In this document: piece after piece, positions 18,911 through 30,401 of the stretch | Layout of the letters: each line of letters starts with the position of its first letter | Numbering within the stretch: position 1 is the stretch's first letter | Assembly: GCA_963798085.1 (NCBI GenBank) | Contig: CAWCRS010000001.1 | Location: 128,001 to 192,000, forward strand | Origin: an uncultured Gemmatimonadales bacterium | Lineage (GTDB): Bacteria > Gemmatimonadota > Gemmatimonadetes > Longimicrobiales > RSA9 | Length of the DNA: 64,000 nucleotides | Direction: 5' to 3' | Notes under the pieces: generated by a model | Databases searched by the model: none | What the model saw: only the letters and a program-made list of their open reading frames with translations | Told to the model about the DNA's origin: nothing | Made by a program: the position numbers and the translations under genes

Positions 18911-21259
18911 GTGCGCCGAACGCTGCTTCTGCTTGTGTCGATCGCCGTGCTCGCGCGCGGCCTGGCCGGCCAGCAGAATGGGCCGCGCACCCTACCGCCA
19001 ATGGTCGACCCGGTGATCGACGAGGGTGCCGGCCCGTTCTCCTACTTCAGCCACCCGACCGACGTGATCGGCGTCATGGATGGCCGCGGCACGGAGGTGA
19101 CGCCCGAAGGCTGGCTCTACACCGGTTTCGGCGAGCTGATGTTCTTCGCCGGCCCCACACTAACACCGGTCGAGCAGCGCATCCGCACGTTGCGTGGCGG
19201 GTGGCTTCCGATCATCGAGTACGACGCGCAGCGCGGCGATGTCGCCTACCACTTCACGCTCTTCGCAGCCACGCTCAATGGACAGCCGGAGAGTCCGGTC
19301 GTCGACTTCGTGCGCGTGACGATGACGAACCGCGGCACCGCCCCCACGCGTGCACGCCTCGCCTTCGCGGTCCGCTACACCGCGCCATCCACGACGGGAA
19401 ACGGCGTCGGCGACAATCGCTTTCGCCGACCTGCCGCAGCCGCGCGCAAGGGTCAATACGAACAGCCGGGCACAGCGTTCGATACAGCGTGGACCTACGG
19501 TTTCGCGGATGGCGCGTTCCTGCGCGGGGGTCGTGTCATGTACCTCTATCCGACGACGCCGCAGCCGGAGCTGCGTGTGGTCATCGGGCAGGAGGGCTCC
19601 CGTGCGAGCAGCATTCCAGCGCGGCGGGTTCGCGTGCAGGAAACGACGCCCGTGGGTGTGACGGTCCGTGACACCGTGTTAGCGCCGGGCGCGTCGACTG
19701 ACATCGTCGTCAAGCTTCCCTGCACACCGGTTGCGCCGGACGACACGTTCCTGAATCAGGTGCGCGCGGCCGGCTTCGATGACTACCTGGCACGGACGGA
19801 GTCGTTCTGGCGCGGGATCGCGGCGCGCGGGATGCGCGTCTCCATCTCCGAGCGGAAAGTCGGGGACACGTTCAATGCCAGTCTCGTCTACAACCTGATC
19901 GCGCGCGACAAGCGCGGCGACGACTACGTCCAGACGGTGAACGAATTCCACTACCACGCGTTCTGGCTGCGCGATGCATCGTACATCGCGCGCGAGTACG
20001 ACGTGACGGGCTATCCCGACCTCTCGCGGCAGGTGCTCGACTTCTTCGCCGGCTGGCAGCAGCCGGATGGCAACTTCGTCAGCCAGGGCGGGCAGTACGA
20101 CGGCTGGGGCCAGACACTGTGGGCGTACGGACAGCATTATCGTCTCACGCGCGACCGTGTGTTTGCGGAGCGCGTGCTGCCTGCCGTTCGCCGTGCGGTG
20201 GACTGGCTGCGCACGGCGAGGGCCGGCGACTCGCTGCATCTGGTGCCGGCGACAACGCCAGGCGACAACGAAGAAATCACGGGACATGTCACCGGCCATG
20301 ACTTCTGGGCGCTCGCCGGGTTGCACGGCGCCATCGATCTCGCCGAGGCCGCCGGACATGCTGACGATGCTCGCGCGTTCCGGCGCGAGTACGATTCGCT
20401 GAAGCAAGCGTTGCTCGACCGGTTGCGTGTCGTGACGGCGTCGACCGGCGGGTACATCCCGCCCGGACTCGACAAGGCGGGCGGCTACGACTGGGGCAAC
20501 ATGATGGCGGTCTACCCGGAGCCGGTGCTCGATGCGCACGACGCGATGGTAACCGCGACGCTCGACACCACACGCGCGCGCTACGCCGAAGGCATCATGA
20601 CGTACGCGGACGGCTTCTATCTGCACGATTACCTGACCATGAAGAACACGGAGACCGAAGTGGTGCGCGGCGACCAGCAGAACGCGCTCGAGGAGTTGTA
20701 CGCCGTGCTCGTGCACACCAGCTCGACGCACGCCGGCTTCGAGTACACGGTCCGTCCCTGGGGCAACCGCGACTTCGGCGGCAACCTGTCGCCGCACGGC
20801 TGGTACGCCGCGAAGTACCGCGCACTGCTGCGCGACATGCTCGTACGCGAAGCGGGGAGCGAGCTGCACCTGCTGTCCGTGCTTTCGCCGGCATGGCTGA
20901 ACACCGGCGACAGCGTAACCGTGCGCGCTGCGCCCACCGAATTCGGGACGATCGGCTTCGCCCTCGATATGCGCTCGGACAGCGCGGCGTCACTAACGCT
21001 GGATTCGCACTTCGCGCGCAATCCGTCAGCGATCGTGCTGCACCTGCCCTGGTTCATGGAAACGCGCAGCGCCACGGCCAATGGCAGGAAGCTCGCGATC
21101 CGCGCGGGCCAGATCCGGCTGTCTCCCGGAACCCGTCGCGTCGAGCTGACGTGGCGCCGGCAGCCGGACACGCCGTCGCTCAGCTATGACGCGGCCGTGC
21201 GTGACTACAAGCAGGAATACCGGCGACGCTGGGAAGCGTGGCTGCGCGGCAGCCGCTGA
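18911..21259 (+). CDS. Secreted uncharacterised six-hairpin (alpha/alpha)6 glycosidase-like protein
   Basis: GGAGG SD, GTG start, signal peptide; YHAFWLRDASY, GQYDGWGQTLWA, VRRAVDWL, HDFWALAGL, C-terminal APTEFG beta-domain. Confidence 0.65.
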   Translation: MRRTLLLLVSIAVLARGLAGQQNGPRTLPPMVDPVIDEGAGPFSYFSHPTDVIGVMDGRGTEVTPEGWLYTGFGELMFFAGPTLTPVEQRIRTLRGGWLPIIEYDAQRGDVAYHFTLFAATLNGQPESPVVDFVRVTMTNRGTAPTRARLAFAVRYTAPSTTGNGVGDNRFRRPAAAARKGQYEQPGTAFDTAWTYGFADGAFLRGGRVMYLYPTTPQPELRVVIGQEGSRASSIPARRVRVQETTPVGVTVRDTVLAPGASTDIVVKLPCTPVAPDDTFLNQVRAAGFDDYLARTESFWRGIAARGMRVSISERKVGDTFNASLVYNLIARDKRGDDYVQTVNEFHYHAFWLRDASYIAREYDVTGYPDLSRQVLDFFAGWQQPDGNFVSQGGQYDGWGQTLWAYGQHYRLTRDRVFAERVLPAVRRAVDWLRTARAGDSLHLVPATTPGDNEEITGHVTGHDFWALAGLHGAIDLAEAAGHADDARAFRREYDSLKQALLDRLRVVTASTGGYIPPGLDKAGGYDWGNMMAVYPEPVLDAHDAMVTATLDTTRARYAEGIMTYADGFYLHDYLTMKNTETEVVRGDQQNALEELYAVLVHTSSTHAGFEYTVRPWGNRDFGGNLSPHGWYAAKYRALLRDMLVREAGSELHLLSVLSPAWLNTGDSVTVRAAPTEFGTIGFALDMRSDSAASLTLDSHFARNPSAIVLHLPWFMETRSATANGRKLAIRAGQIRLSPGTRRVELTWRRQPDTPSLSYDAAVRDYKQEYRRRWEAWLRGSR

Positions 21260-21266
21260 GAGTGTA

Positions 21267-22127
21267 TCAGCGTGGCAGCGTGCGGCCGACCAGCACGGTG
21301 ACATTGTCGGTGCCGCCGCCTTCGAGCGCGTCGGCGATCAGCTGCTCCGCGACCTGGCGGGCGCTGGTCATCGTCCTGAGCCGCTCCCGGATGCGGGCGT
21401 CCGATACGTGCCGCGTCAGCCCGTCGCTGCAGAGCAGGACAACGGTGCCCCAGTCGCGCACCACGCGCGTCACCACGGGCGCCGCCTGGTGCCCGCCAAT
21501 CGCGCTGGACAGCACGTGCGCCCAACGGCTCCGCTCCGCCACCGTCCGCGACATTACGCCACTGTCGATGAAATCCTGCGCAATGGTCTGGTCGCGCGTG
21601 ATCTGCGTCAGTTCACCATCGCGCAGCACGTAGCAGCGGGAGTCTCCCACCTGCAGCAGATACGCCTGCGGCCAGAGCCCCAGGAACAGCGTGAGTGTGG
21701 TGGCGAATCGCCGGTCGCCGCCTTCTTCGCGTGCGCGCAGCAGCAGGGCCTCGTGACACGAGAGCGCGGCCTCCTGCAGCAGGCGCGAGAACACGTCCGG
21801 GTCGTCCGGTTCGTCGACACCGGCCTCGAAGAAGCGCGCCACGGCATCGGTCAGTTCGCGCACGGCGACACGCGCCGCCTCATCCCCATCGGATACGCCG
21901 CCCGCGCCGTCCGCGACCACCGCCAGTGAAGCCAGCCGCTCCACCCCGTCCGGCAGCTGCTGATCCTCCACGGCGCTCACGGCCTCCACGCGATCCTTCC
22001 GGGCCAGGCCACCGACGAAGAAATGGTCCTGGTTGTCCTTCCGAACGTAGCCCTGGTGGCTCGCGCCCCATGCGTCGATGTCGGCAAACTGCGGGCGGGC
22101 AGTCCGCCCCGGTTCATTCCCGCTCAT
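21267..22127 (-). CDS. PP2C/PPM-family Ser/Thr protein phosphatase
   Basis: GYVRKDNQD, VADGAGG, ATTLT, VGDSRCY, ITRDQT, LLCSDGLT, GGTDNVTV. Confidence 0.93.
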   Translation of the reverse strand: MSGNEPGRTARPQFADIDAWGASHQGYVRKDNQDHFFVGGLARKDRVEAVSAVEDQQLPDGVERLASLAVVADGAGGVSDGDEAARVAVRELTDAVARFFEAGVDEPDDPDVFSRLLQEAALSCHEALLLRAREEGGDRRFATTLTLFLGLWPQAYLLQVGDSRCYVLRDGELTQITRDQTIAQDFIDSGVMSRTVAERSRWAHVLSSAIGGHQAAPVVTRVVRDWGTVVLLCSDGLTRHVSDARIRERLRTMTSARQVAEQLIADALEGGGTDNVTVLVGRTLPR

Positions 22128-22413
22128 GGCTTCGTCTCTCCGGCCGGTCGTCCGCCACCAGTTCGCGGCCGTCCTGCCGCAGACGAAGCGGCCGCCTCCT
22201 GACAGCGGTCATAATACGGCGGCGCCATTGGCTCACAAACCCGGCGCGCCCGGCCACGGCTTCGAGAGCTGCGCCGGGCCCGCTCCCCGCAAAGGGCCGC
22301 ACCCGGTTGCCCGCTGTTCTCTGGCGAAGCGGACGCGCACGTGCAACGATGCAACGCGCACGTGTCCGTTCCGCCACCCGGTAATCGTGCCCGCATCCGC
22401 ACCAGGGGCTGCC

Positions 22414-24132
22414 ATGACCGATCACCCGAGCCGCAGAAGCTTCATGGGTCTCACCGCCGCAACCGTGGCCGGCATGCTGACGCCGCGCTGGCTGCGCAAC
22501 GGCCCGACTAACGGCGTGCAAGGTGCGGATCCCGAGCTGATCGTCCTGAACGCCAGAGTCTGGACGGTAGATCCGGCATCGCCCCGGGCCGAGGCGTTCG
22601 CGGTCAGCGGCGGGCGCTTCGTCGCGGTCGGAAGCACGGCCGACATCAGGGGCCTGACCGGCAAACGCACGCAGACTTTCGACGCGAAAGGGATGACCAT
22701 CGTCCCCGGCTTCATCGACTGCCACAATCACGCCGGCGGCACCACGCTTCTCTACGAAGTGCTCGTCGGCAATCCATTCGAAGTCGAGTTCGTGACCATC
22801 GCCAGCATCGTGGACAAGCTTCGTGCGAAAGCACGCGAGACACCGCCGGGCACGTGGGTGGAGGGCTACTTCTTCGACGATACCAAGCTCCAGGACAAGC
22901 GCCCGCTCAACCGTCACGACCTCGACCAGGTTTCGACGGCGCATCCGGTCGTGGTGCGGCATCGCGGCGGGCACACATCGTTCTACAACAGCAAGGCGCT
23001 CGAGCTGGCCCACATCACGAGGGATACGCCGAATCCGCCGGGCGGCACCTTCGATCGCGATGCCGGTGGCGAACCGAATGGCCGGGTGACGGATCGCGCC
23101 AACGGCGCATTCAACGGCGTCGGCCGACGACCCGAGTTCACCGCGGAGCAGCGCGCCGAGCGCGACCGCGATGGGCTGGCGTACATCTCGAAGCAATTCG
23201 TGCGCTACGGCCTGACGAGCGTGCATCACGAGGGCGGCGACCTTTCCGCACTGCAGGATGTCCGCGCTCGGGGCGACCTGCTGCACCGCGTGAGCTACGA
23301 GTCGAGCGGCCGGGTTCTGGACTCGATGATGGCGAGCGGCATCAGGACGGGGTTCGGTGACGAGTGGATCAGACTGGGCGCCACATCCGAGCACACCGTG
23401 GACGGCTCCTTCTCCGAGCGCACCATGGCGCTCAGCACACCGTATCCCGACAGCCAGCCGCCCTACAAGGGCAACATCACGGAAACGCAGGAGGATCTGA
23501 ATGCGTGGGTCGAACGCGTGCACCGGGCGGGCATCCAGGTGAACTGTCACGCCAATGGCGATGTCGCCATCGACATGTATCTCACGGCCATCGAGCGCGC
23601 GCAGAAACTGTTCCCTCGCCGCGATGCACGGCCCAAGATCACGCACTGCACGCTCATCAACGACGACCTGGTGGGCCGCATCAGGGCCGTGGGCGCGGTA
23701 CCCGCGATGTTCACGACGTACGCGTACTACAACAGCGACAAGTTCGTGTTCTACGGCGAAGAATTGATGCGGCGCTGCATGGCCTACCGCACGCTGCTCG
23801 ACGCAGGCGTGCCTGCGGCGGCCGGCTCCGATTTCGCCCCCGGCCCGTTCGCGCCGCTCATGGGCATCCAGGGCATGGTGACGCGCACGGGCTGGGATGG
23901 AAAGACGTGGGGCGCGAACCAGCGCATCAGCGTGGATGACGCGATCCGCGTGAACACGCTCAATGGCGCGTACGCATCGCTCGAGGAAACGCTCAAGGGC
24001 TCGATCACGGCGGGCAAGCTCGCGGACTTCGTCGTGCTCGCGGAGGATCCGCATGCGGTGCCCGCGGAAAAGATCAAGGACATCACGATCGTGCGCACGG
24101 CGGTGGGTGGCAGGACCGTGTACGCCGCATAG
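22414..24132 (+). CDS. YtcJ-like metal-dependent amidohydrolase with Tat signal
   Basis: SRRSFMG twin-arginine motif; PGFIDCHNH, HANGDVAID, KITHC, AGSDF, GSITAGKLADFVVL. Confidence 0.9.
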   Translation: MTDHPSRRSFMGLTAATVAGMLTPRWLRNGPTNGVQGADPELIVLNARVWTVDPASPRAEAFAVSGGRFVAVGSTADIRGLTGKRTQTFDAKGMTIVPGFIDCHNHAGGTTLLYEVLVGNPFEVEFVTIASIVDKLRAKARETPPGTWVEGYFFDDTKLQDKRPLNRHDLDQVSTAHPVVVRHRGGHTSFYNSKALELAHITRDTPNPPGGTFDRDAGGEPNGRVTDRANGAFNGVGRRPEFTAEQRAERDRDGLAYISKQFVRYGLTSVHHEGGDLSALQDVRARGDLLHRVSYESSGRVLDSMMASGIRTGFGDEWIRLGATSEHTVDGSFSERTMALSTPYPDSQPPYKGNITETQEDLNAWVERVHRAGIQVNCHANGDVAIDMYLTAIERAQKLFPRRDARPKITHCTLINDDLVGRIRAVGAVPAMFTTYAYYNSDKFVFYGEELMRRCMAYRTLLDAGVPAAAGSDFAPGPFAPLMGIQGMVTRTGWDGKTWGANQRISVDDAIRVNTLNGAYASLEETLKGSITAGKLADFVVLAEDPHAVPAEKIKDITIVRTAVGGRTVYAA

Positions 24133-24180
24133 CACGGCGCGGAGGTAGCGGCCCGGAGTACCCAGCGCCAGATTCGGGTC

Positions 24181-24738
24181 ATGACCACGTCGGATCCGTC
24201 CATGCGCAAGTGGTATCTCCAGCCGGAGACCTTCATTGCCCTGGCCGCGCTGGTCGTCAGCGTCTCGGCGGTGGTCGTCGGCATCTATGAGGCCGCGCTG
24301 CAGCGGCGGCACGATCGCGCGGAGGTGTGGCCCAACCTCGAGGTCCAGACCTGGATCGACGACAAGGGGGCCAGGGTGACGCTCGAGAACACGGGCGTCG
24401 GGCCTGCCATCGTGGTCTCCGCCATGGCCACAGTCGACGGGCAGGCGCGACACGGCTGGCTCGACGTGATCCGCGCGCTCACCGACTCCACGCACGCGTA
24501 CGAAATCACCACGGTCGTCGGCCACAGCCTGCGGGCCGGCGAATCCGCGACGCTCATCGGGCTCCCGACTGCTGCATTGCATACCCCGTTCTATCCCTGG
24601 ATCGGGCGTGTGAAGGTGCGCATGTGCTACCGCTCCATCTTCGATGATTACTGGGAGGTCGATGCGCAGCTCGGCGTGGGCGGCCACGCGCTGAAGGTGA
24701 AAGGCTGCGCGGCGCAGCCCGACAGTACGGATTTCTGA
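24181..24738 (+). CDS. Hypothetical protein with N-terminal transmembrane helix
   Basis: FIALAALVVSVSAVVVGIY TM, ENTGVGPAIV, CYRSIFDDYW; coding-like composition. Confidence 0.75.
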   Translation: MTTSDPSMRKWYLQPETFIALAALVVSVSAVVVGIYEAALQRRHDRAEVWPNLEVQTWIDDKGARVTLENTGVGPAIVVSAMATVDGQARHGWLDVIRALTDSTHAYEITTVVGHSLRAGESATLIGLPTAALHTPFYPWIGRVKVRMCYRSIFDDYWEVDAQLGVGGHALKVKGCAAQPDSTDF

Positions 24739-24780
24739 CCCTCGAGCGGCGGACCTCATGCCTTTACCCGTCACCGGGCA

Positions 24781-26475
24781 TTGACTTCACGCCGTGAGTT
24801 CGTCGAGCGCGCCGCGCTTTCCGGCATTGCCCTGATGCTGCGGCGCGGTGCGACCGCGCCTGCCGCTTCTGCAGCGTCTGCGCAGCACGGATTCCTCAGC
24901 CTGCTGCGACCGCCTGACAGCGTGTTCGTGCAGATCACCGATGCGGACCTGGCGCTGCGGCGGGAGAGCGGAGAGCAGTGGTCGGGTGAGAACGGCATTC
25001 GGGTGGCGACGACGCCGCTCGCCGGCATCCTGCGCGTGTCGCTCGCGTCTCCCGCCGCCGCGATTCGGCGGCTGCGTCTCCGCTGGCAAGGCGATCTGAG
25101 CGACACGCGACTGATTCTGGGCGATGCGTGGGAACGCGCGTACGGCGATCTCGAGTGGCACGCATGGGTGCCGGACCGCGTCATGCCGTGGTACTTCCTG
25201 GCGTACGATGGCGCGCGCACGCACGGCTACGGCGTGCGCACGGGCGCGCGCGCATTCTGCTGGTGGCAGGCCGATCCGCGCGGCATCACGCTGTGCGCGG
25301 ATGTGCGTAGTGGCGCCGCCGGTGTGCTGCTGGGCGAGCGCACGCTCGAGGTCTGCGACGTGGTGTGCCGGGCGGGTCATGGCGGCGAGAGCGCGTTCGC
25401 CGCGCAGCACGCGTTCTGCCGCCAGATGTGCCCGCAGCCGCGCCTCCCGCCTGACCCGGTGTTCGGCAGCAACGACTGGTATTGGGCGTACGGCCGGAAC
25501 AGTGGGGAAACCGTGCGCACCGATTCGGCCCACATCGTCGAGCTGTCCCCCGCCGGTACTAACCGGCCGTTTGCCGTGATCGACGATGGCTGGCAACCCG
25601 GCCGTGGCGCCGACAAGGCGGGCGCCGGCGACTGGGACCGCGGTAACGACAAGTTCGGCGACATGGCTGTGCTTGCCGCCGATGTTCGCCAGGCGGGTGC
25701 GCGCCCCGGCATCTGGATACGCCCGCTGCAGGCGCCGGCGCACGCGCCCGACAGCTGGCGCCTGTCACGCGATCGCAACGTGCTGGACCCGACCCTGCCC
25801 GATGTGCTGCAGAAGGTCCGCGATGACATTGCGCGCATGCGGCAGTGGGGATTCCAGCTGATCAAGCACGACTACACAACGTTCGACATCTTCGGCCGCT
25901 GGGGATTCCAGATGGGCGACGCGCTGACACGCGATGGCTGGAGCTTCGCGGCCGGCACGGATCGCACGACAGCCGAGGTGATCGATCAGCTGTATGCAAC
26001 CATCCGTGCCGCCGCAGGCGACAGCCTCATCATTGGCTGCAACACCGTGAGTCACCTGTCCGCCGGCCGTTTCGAGATCTGCCGGATCGGCGATGACACG
26101 AGCGGCACCGAGTGGGCGCGCACGCGCAGGATGGGCGTCAACTCGCTCGCGTTCCGCGGCGCGCAGCACGGCGCGTTCTACGTTGCTGATGCGGATTGTG
26201 TGGGCGTGACCAACGCCGTGCCCTGGAGTCTCACCCGTCAGTGGCTGGATCTGCTGGCGAGGAGCGGCACCATGCTGTTCGTGTCGCTCGCGCCGGATGC
26301 GCTGGGCCAGGCGCAGCGCGCGGACCTGCAAGCCGCACTCGCGCTCGCGGCGTTGTCGCAACCACTGGGAGAGCCGCTGGACTGGCAGCGCACCGTGTAC
26401 CCCGAGCACTGGCGCCTCATGGGCCGGGAGCGCGCCTTCGAATGGGTCGATGCCGATGGTGTCGGCTGGCAGTGA
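24781..26475 (+). CDS. GH36/GH27-clan alpha-galactosidase-like enzyme with Tat signal
   Basis: TTG start, SRREFV motif; NDWYWAY, VIDDGWQ, PGIWIRP, LIKHDY, CRIGDDT. Confidence 0.8.
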   Translation: MTSRREFVERAALSGIALMLRRGATAPAASAASAQHGFLSLLRPPDSVFVQITDADLALRRESGEQWSGENGIRVATTPLAGILRVSLASPAAAIRRLRLRWQGDLSDTRLILGDAWERAYGDLEWHAWVPDRVMPWYFLAYDGARTHGYGVRTGARAFCWWQADPRGITLCADVRSGAAGVLLGERTLEVCDVVCRAGHGGESAFAAQHAFCRQMCPQPRLPPDPVFGSNDWYWAYGRNSGETVRTDSAHIVELSPAGTNRPFAVIDDGWQPGRGADKAGAGDWDRGNDKFGDMAVLAADVRQAGARPGIWIRPLQAPAHAPDSWRLSRDRNVLDPTLPDVLQKVRDDIARMRQWGFQLIKHDYTTFDIFGRWGFQMGDALTRDGWSFAAGTDRTTAEVIDQLYATIRAAAGDSLIIGCNTVSHLSAGRFEICRIGDDTSGTEWARTRRMGVNSLAFRGAQHGAFYVADADCVGVTNAVPWSLTRQWLDLLARSGTMLFVSLAPDALGQAQRADLQAALALAALSQPLGEPLDWQRTVYPEHWRLMGRERAFEWVDADGVGWQ

Positions 26476-26674
26476 CAGCGATAGCGGACACGCGCGGATT
26501 CCTTAGCGCATGTTCGCGTCCTGGCTGGGGATCAGCCGGAGACGCTGAGCCGCGCCCGGCGCCGGCTCAAGCCGGAACGGTCGCCGCTCCTGATCCGATC
26601 AGTGACCGGGCTACGACACCGTGTTAGCTTGGACTTCGATCCAGCCCGATCCGCCGTCTCAGCCGGAGGCCGAT

Positions 26675-27526
26675 ATGCACGCGCCCTGCGCCACCCGTCG
26701 CGGCCCATTCTCGATACCTCGCGCCTCTGCCTGCCTCGCCGTAGCCGCTCTCGTGCTGCTGCAGGCCCAGCGCGTATCCGCGCAGGCGAAGACGCTGGTC
26801 GCCGTGCTGGCGCACGCCGATGACGAAACCCCCGCCGGTCCCGTCCTGGCCCGCTATGCGCGCGAGGGCGCGCACGTCTACCTCATCATTGCCAGCAATG
26901 GCGGGCAGGGCACACTCGCCAGTGGCGGTGCCATGCAGCCCGACTCCGCGCAGATCGCCGCAATGGCGAGGGCACGGGCCGACGAGGCCCGCTGCGCGAC
27001 CGCCGCGCTCGGCGCCAATGCCCCCATCCTGCTCGGATTCCCTGATGGCAAGCTGGGCGACTACACCGCGGACCGTTCGCTCCTCTATCGGCTCACTGCG
27101 AGCATTGCCGCAGAACTCGAGCGACTGCGTCCCGACGCGGTGATCACGTGGGGACCCGACGGCGGAACCGGACACCCGGATCACCGCCTGGTCAGCGGCA
27201 TTGTGTCGCAGCTCGTGCACGCCGGCGCGCCGGGCGTACTCGAGCGCCTGTTCTATATGTACATCCCGCCGCAGGGCTTCAGTGACATCAATCCGCAACG
27301 CGGTGCGCCACCGCTGCTGGTACCCCAGCCGAAGTATCTGACCGTGCACGTTCCCTTCCAGCCCACCGACCTCGACGCTGCCCAGAAAGCCATGGCCTGC
27401 CACAAATCGCAGTTCACACCGGAAACGCTGCAGCGCTACTTTCCGGCGCAGGCCCGCCTGCTGAACGGACAGGTCACGTTCACGCCTGCATTCTCGAATC
27501 TCGCTGGAACTGACCTGTTCCGCTGA
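26675..27526 (+). CDS. PIG-L/LmbE-family deacetylase, probable signal peptide
   Basis: LAHADDE, ASNGGQG, RADEARCA, GHPDH, CHKSQ. Confidence 0.9.
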   Translation: MHAPCATRRGPFSIPRASACLAVAALVLLQAQRVSAQAKTLVAVLAHADDETPAGPVLARYAREGAHVYLIIASNGGQGTLASGGAMQPDSAQIAAMARARADEARCATAALGANAPILLGFPDGKLGDYTADRSLLYRLTASIAAELERLRPDAVITWGPDGGTGHPDHRLVSGIVSQLVHAGAPGVLERLFYMYIPPQGFSDINPQRGAPPLLVPQPKYLTVHVPFQPTDLDAAQKAMACHKSQFTPETLQRYFPAQARLLNGQVTFTPAFSNLAGTDLFR

Positions 27527-27790
27527 AGGCCTGGGGCAGCGCGCCGCGTGACATGCCAGTACGCCCCTGTAATGGCGTGTTATATGACGACGCAGGCTGC
27601 ACCGCCTCGCGACAGACAGCAGCCCTTCCACCGAACAAGCGCCCCTCAGGTCCCCCCGTGTCCACTGTGTGATAATGAGCCGTCAGCGTGGCACCACCCC
27701 GGGCCGTGGCACCGCCCCGGTCCACAAGTAACAGGACCCGCCGCACCCGACCGCCACCCCCGATATCACGGGAACGCCCAGACCCCATCC

Positions 27791-30218
27791 TTACTCCCCC
27801 CTCATACTCCTGACGGGATCCACGCGGGTGGACCGCAGCAATGGAATGAAGCTCGCCAGCCAGCCCGCCGCTCCCAGCACCACCAGCACACCGAGGAACG
27901 TGAGCGGATCGCCCGGCTTCACCTCGAACAGCAGGCTCTGCATCAGGCGGGTGAGGAACAGCGCCAGCACCACGCCCGCGGCCGCGCCATAGCCGGCGGC
28001 GGTCATGTATTCGCGCTGCATCATGCGGCGCACGTTCGCGGGCGCGGCGCCCAGTGCCAGGCGGATGCCGATCTCCTGCCGCCTGCGCTCCACCGCATAC
28101 GCGACGACGCCGTACACGCCCACGCTCGCCAGCACCAGCGCACTGCAGGCGAAGGCGGCAATGATCATGAGGATGAAGCGGCGCGCGGCCAGTGTGCCCG
28201 ACAGCTTCTGCTCAATGGTGCTGAACAGCACCGGGACATCGGCGTCCACCGCTCTTACCGCATCGCGTACCGGTCCGATGAGCGACTCGGCGCGCGTGTC
28301 GCCGCGCGGCCGGAGCAGCGCCGTCATGCTCCATGCGCGGAACGGGCGCTGCGTATAGGGAAAGAAGATGGTAGGCGATGGCGGCCGCGTGAAATCGCTC
28401 TGGCGGATGTCACCCACCACACCGATGATCGTGGCGCGGTCCCGGGTCTGCCAGTGATCGTCCATGCCGCCGCCCGTGATGCGCTTGCCCACCGCATCCT
28501 GCCCGGGCCACACCGCTTCCGCAAACGCGTGGTTAACCACGACGACAGGTTCGCTGCCGTCGCGGTCGCGGCTGTCGAACACGCGGCCGCGCACCACGGG
28601 AATACCGATGGTCTCGAAATAGCCCGGACCCGCAACCTGGTAGAGCGCGCTGGTCGTGGGCTTCGCCGCGTCGTCCACATCGATCATGCCGTTGGACACG
28701 AACGTGAGCGGCGCCGCGTTCACCAGGCCCATGGACTCGACGCCGGACAATGCGCTCAGGTTCTGCATCAGCGCGTCGTAGTACTGCCGCTTCGTGGCGT
28801 TGTCACCGTAGCGCGATTCCGGCGGATCGACGGTGGCAGTGAGGATGCGCTCCGTATGGAATCCCGGGCGCACGGCCAGCACGCTCCAGAAGCTGCGCAG
28901 CAGCAGGCCCGAGCCCACCAGCAGTAGCAGCGCCACCCCCATTTCGGCGGCGACCAGCCACTTCCAGATGCGCTGCCGCCGCGGATCGTCGCCGCCGCGC
29001 GTGCCGCTGCGCAGCGAGCGAATGGCGAAGCTTGCAATGCGCACACCGGGCAGCAGGCCCGCCAGTGATGCGGCCAGCAGCGACACTGCCATGGTGAACG
29101 CGAGGACAGGCACGTCCAGGTGCACGTTGTCAATGCGCGGAATGCCCGCGGGCGCGAAGCGCACCAGCAGCCGCAGCACGCTCCAGGCAACCGCCAGGCC
29201 CAGCGCCGCGCCCATCAATGACAGTGCGAACGACTCCGCGAAGATCACGCGCACCATGCGGCCGCGGCCGGCGCCCAGCGCGTGCCGGATCGAGTATTCC
29301 TGTTCTCTTGCGGTGCCGCGCGCGAGCGTCGTGCTCGCCAGGTTCGTGCACGCCACCAGCAGCACGAGCGCGGACGCGGCCATCAGAATCCAGAGCGGCC
29401 GGCGCGTGCTGCCCACAATGGCGTCGCGCAGAGTCTGGACCGACGTAGTCTGCGGGAAGTAGTCGTTGTAGCCCTCTTCCTGCGCTACTGCCGGCTCATT
29501 CGTGGTGAAGCGCTTCGTGATCGCATCCAGTTCGGCCTTCGCGCGCGTCAAGGTCACGCCGGGCGAGAGCCTTGCCAGTGCCTCGAAGTTGTGCGCCGTA
29601 CGATAGGGATTCGCCGGCTCCAGCTCGACCGGATACCAGAATGTCGACCTTGCCCGGATAGTCGAAGCCGCGCGGCATCACGCCAACGACGCGTGCGGTG
29701 TATCCCGCCATGGTCAGCGACTGCTCGGCGAAATCCGGCCGCGCACCCAGGTGTGTGCGCCAGAACGCATCGCTCACCACCACCGCAGGCGAAGCGCCTC
29801 GCCGGTGCTCGTCCGCGCTGAATGTGCGGCCCACCTCGGGCGGCACACGCAATGTTGCGAAGAAGCCTTCGCTCACGGCGGAAATCCCGACGCGCAGCGG
29901 CTGCCCGGTGCCCAGCACGGTGCCCTCGCCGCCCGGTGTGTGGATCACGAATCCGTCGAACACAGTCGCCGCATCGTGCCAGTCCTTGAAGTTCTGCCAT
30001 GCGACCTGCATCTGGCCGCCGGCGCCGGACACTTCCCGGATGCGCACCAGCCGGTCCGACTCCGGAAAATCGAGCGGCGTGAGCAGCACGCCTTTCACCA
30101 GGCTGAACACGATCGCGTTCGCCGCAATGCCCAGCACCAGTGTGGTGAGCGCGACGATTGTGTAGCCCGGGCTGCGCGCCAGCGCGCGGAACGCGAAACG
30201 CAGGTCTTTCATGAACAT
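27791..30218 (-). CDS. Duplicated MacB/FtsX-type orphan ABC permease (ADOP-like); one frameshift near 29641
   Basis: DLRFAFRALARSPG, LGIAANAIVFS, VVGVMP; removing one T restores VDIWYPVELEP; LLVACTNLA, EIGIRLALGA, RVDPVRSMRGE. Confidence 0.88.
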
Positions 30219-30401
30219 GATTGCCTTGTCATCCCCGGTGGGTCGAGACGATCATGCCGCCGCACGTGCGGGCGTACGCCTGATCGTCGTGTGGTTTCGC
30301 CAGGGTTAGACCGACACTGAGGCTGGCAGGGTTGAATCAGGCAGGCTATTTCCTGTCGCCGCCGGCCACTTGATCGACCACCCGTTCACAAGGGAGAGCC
30401 G

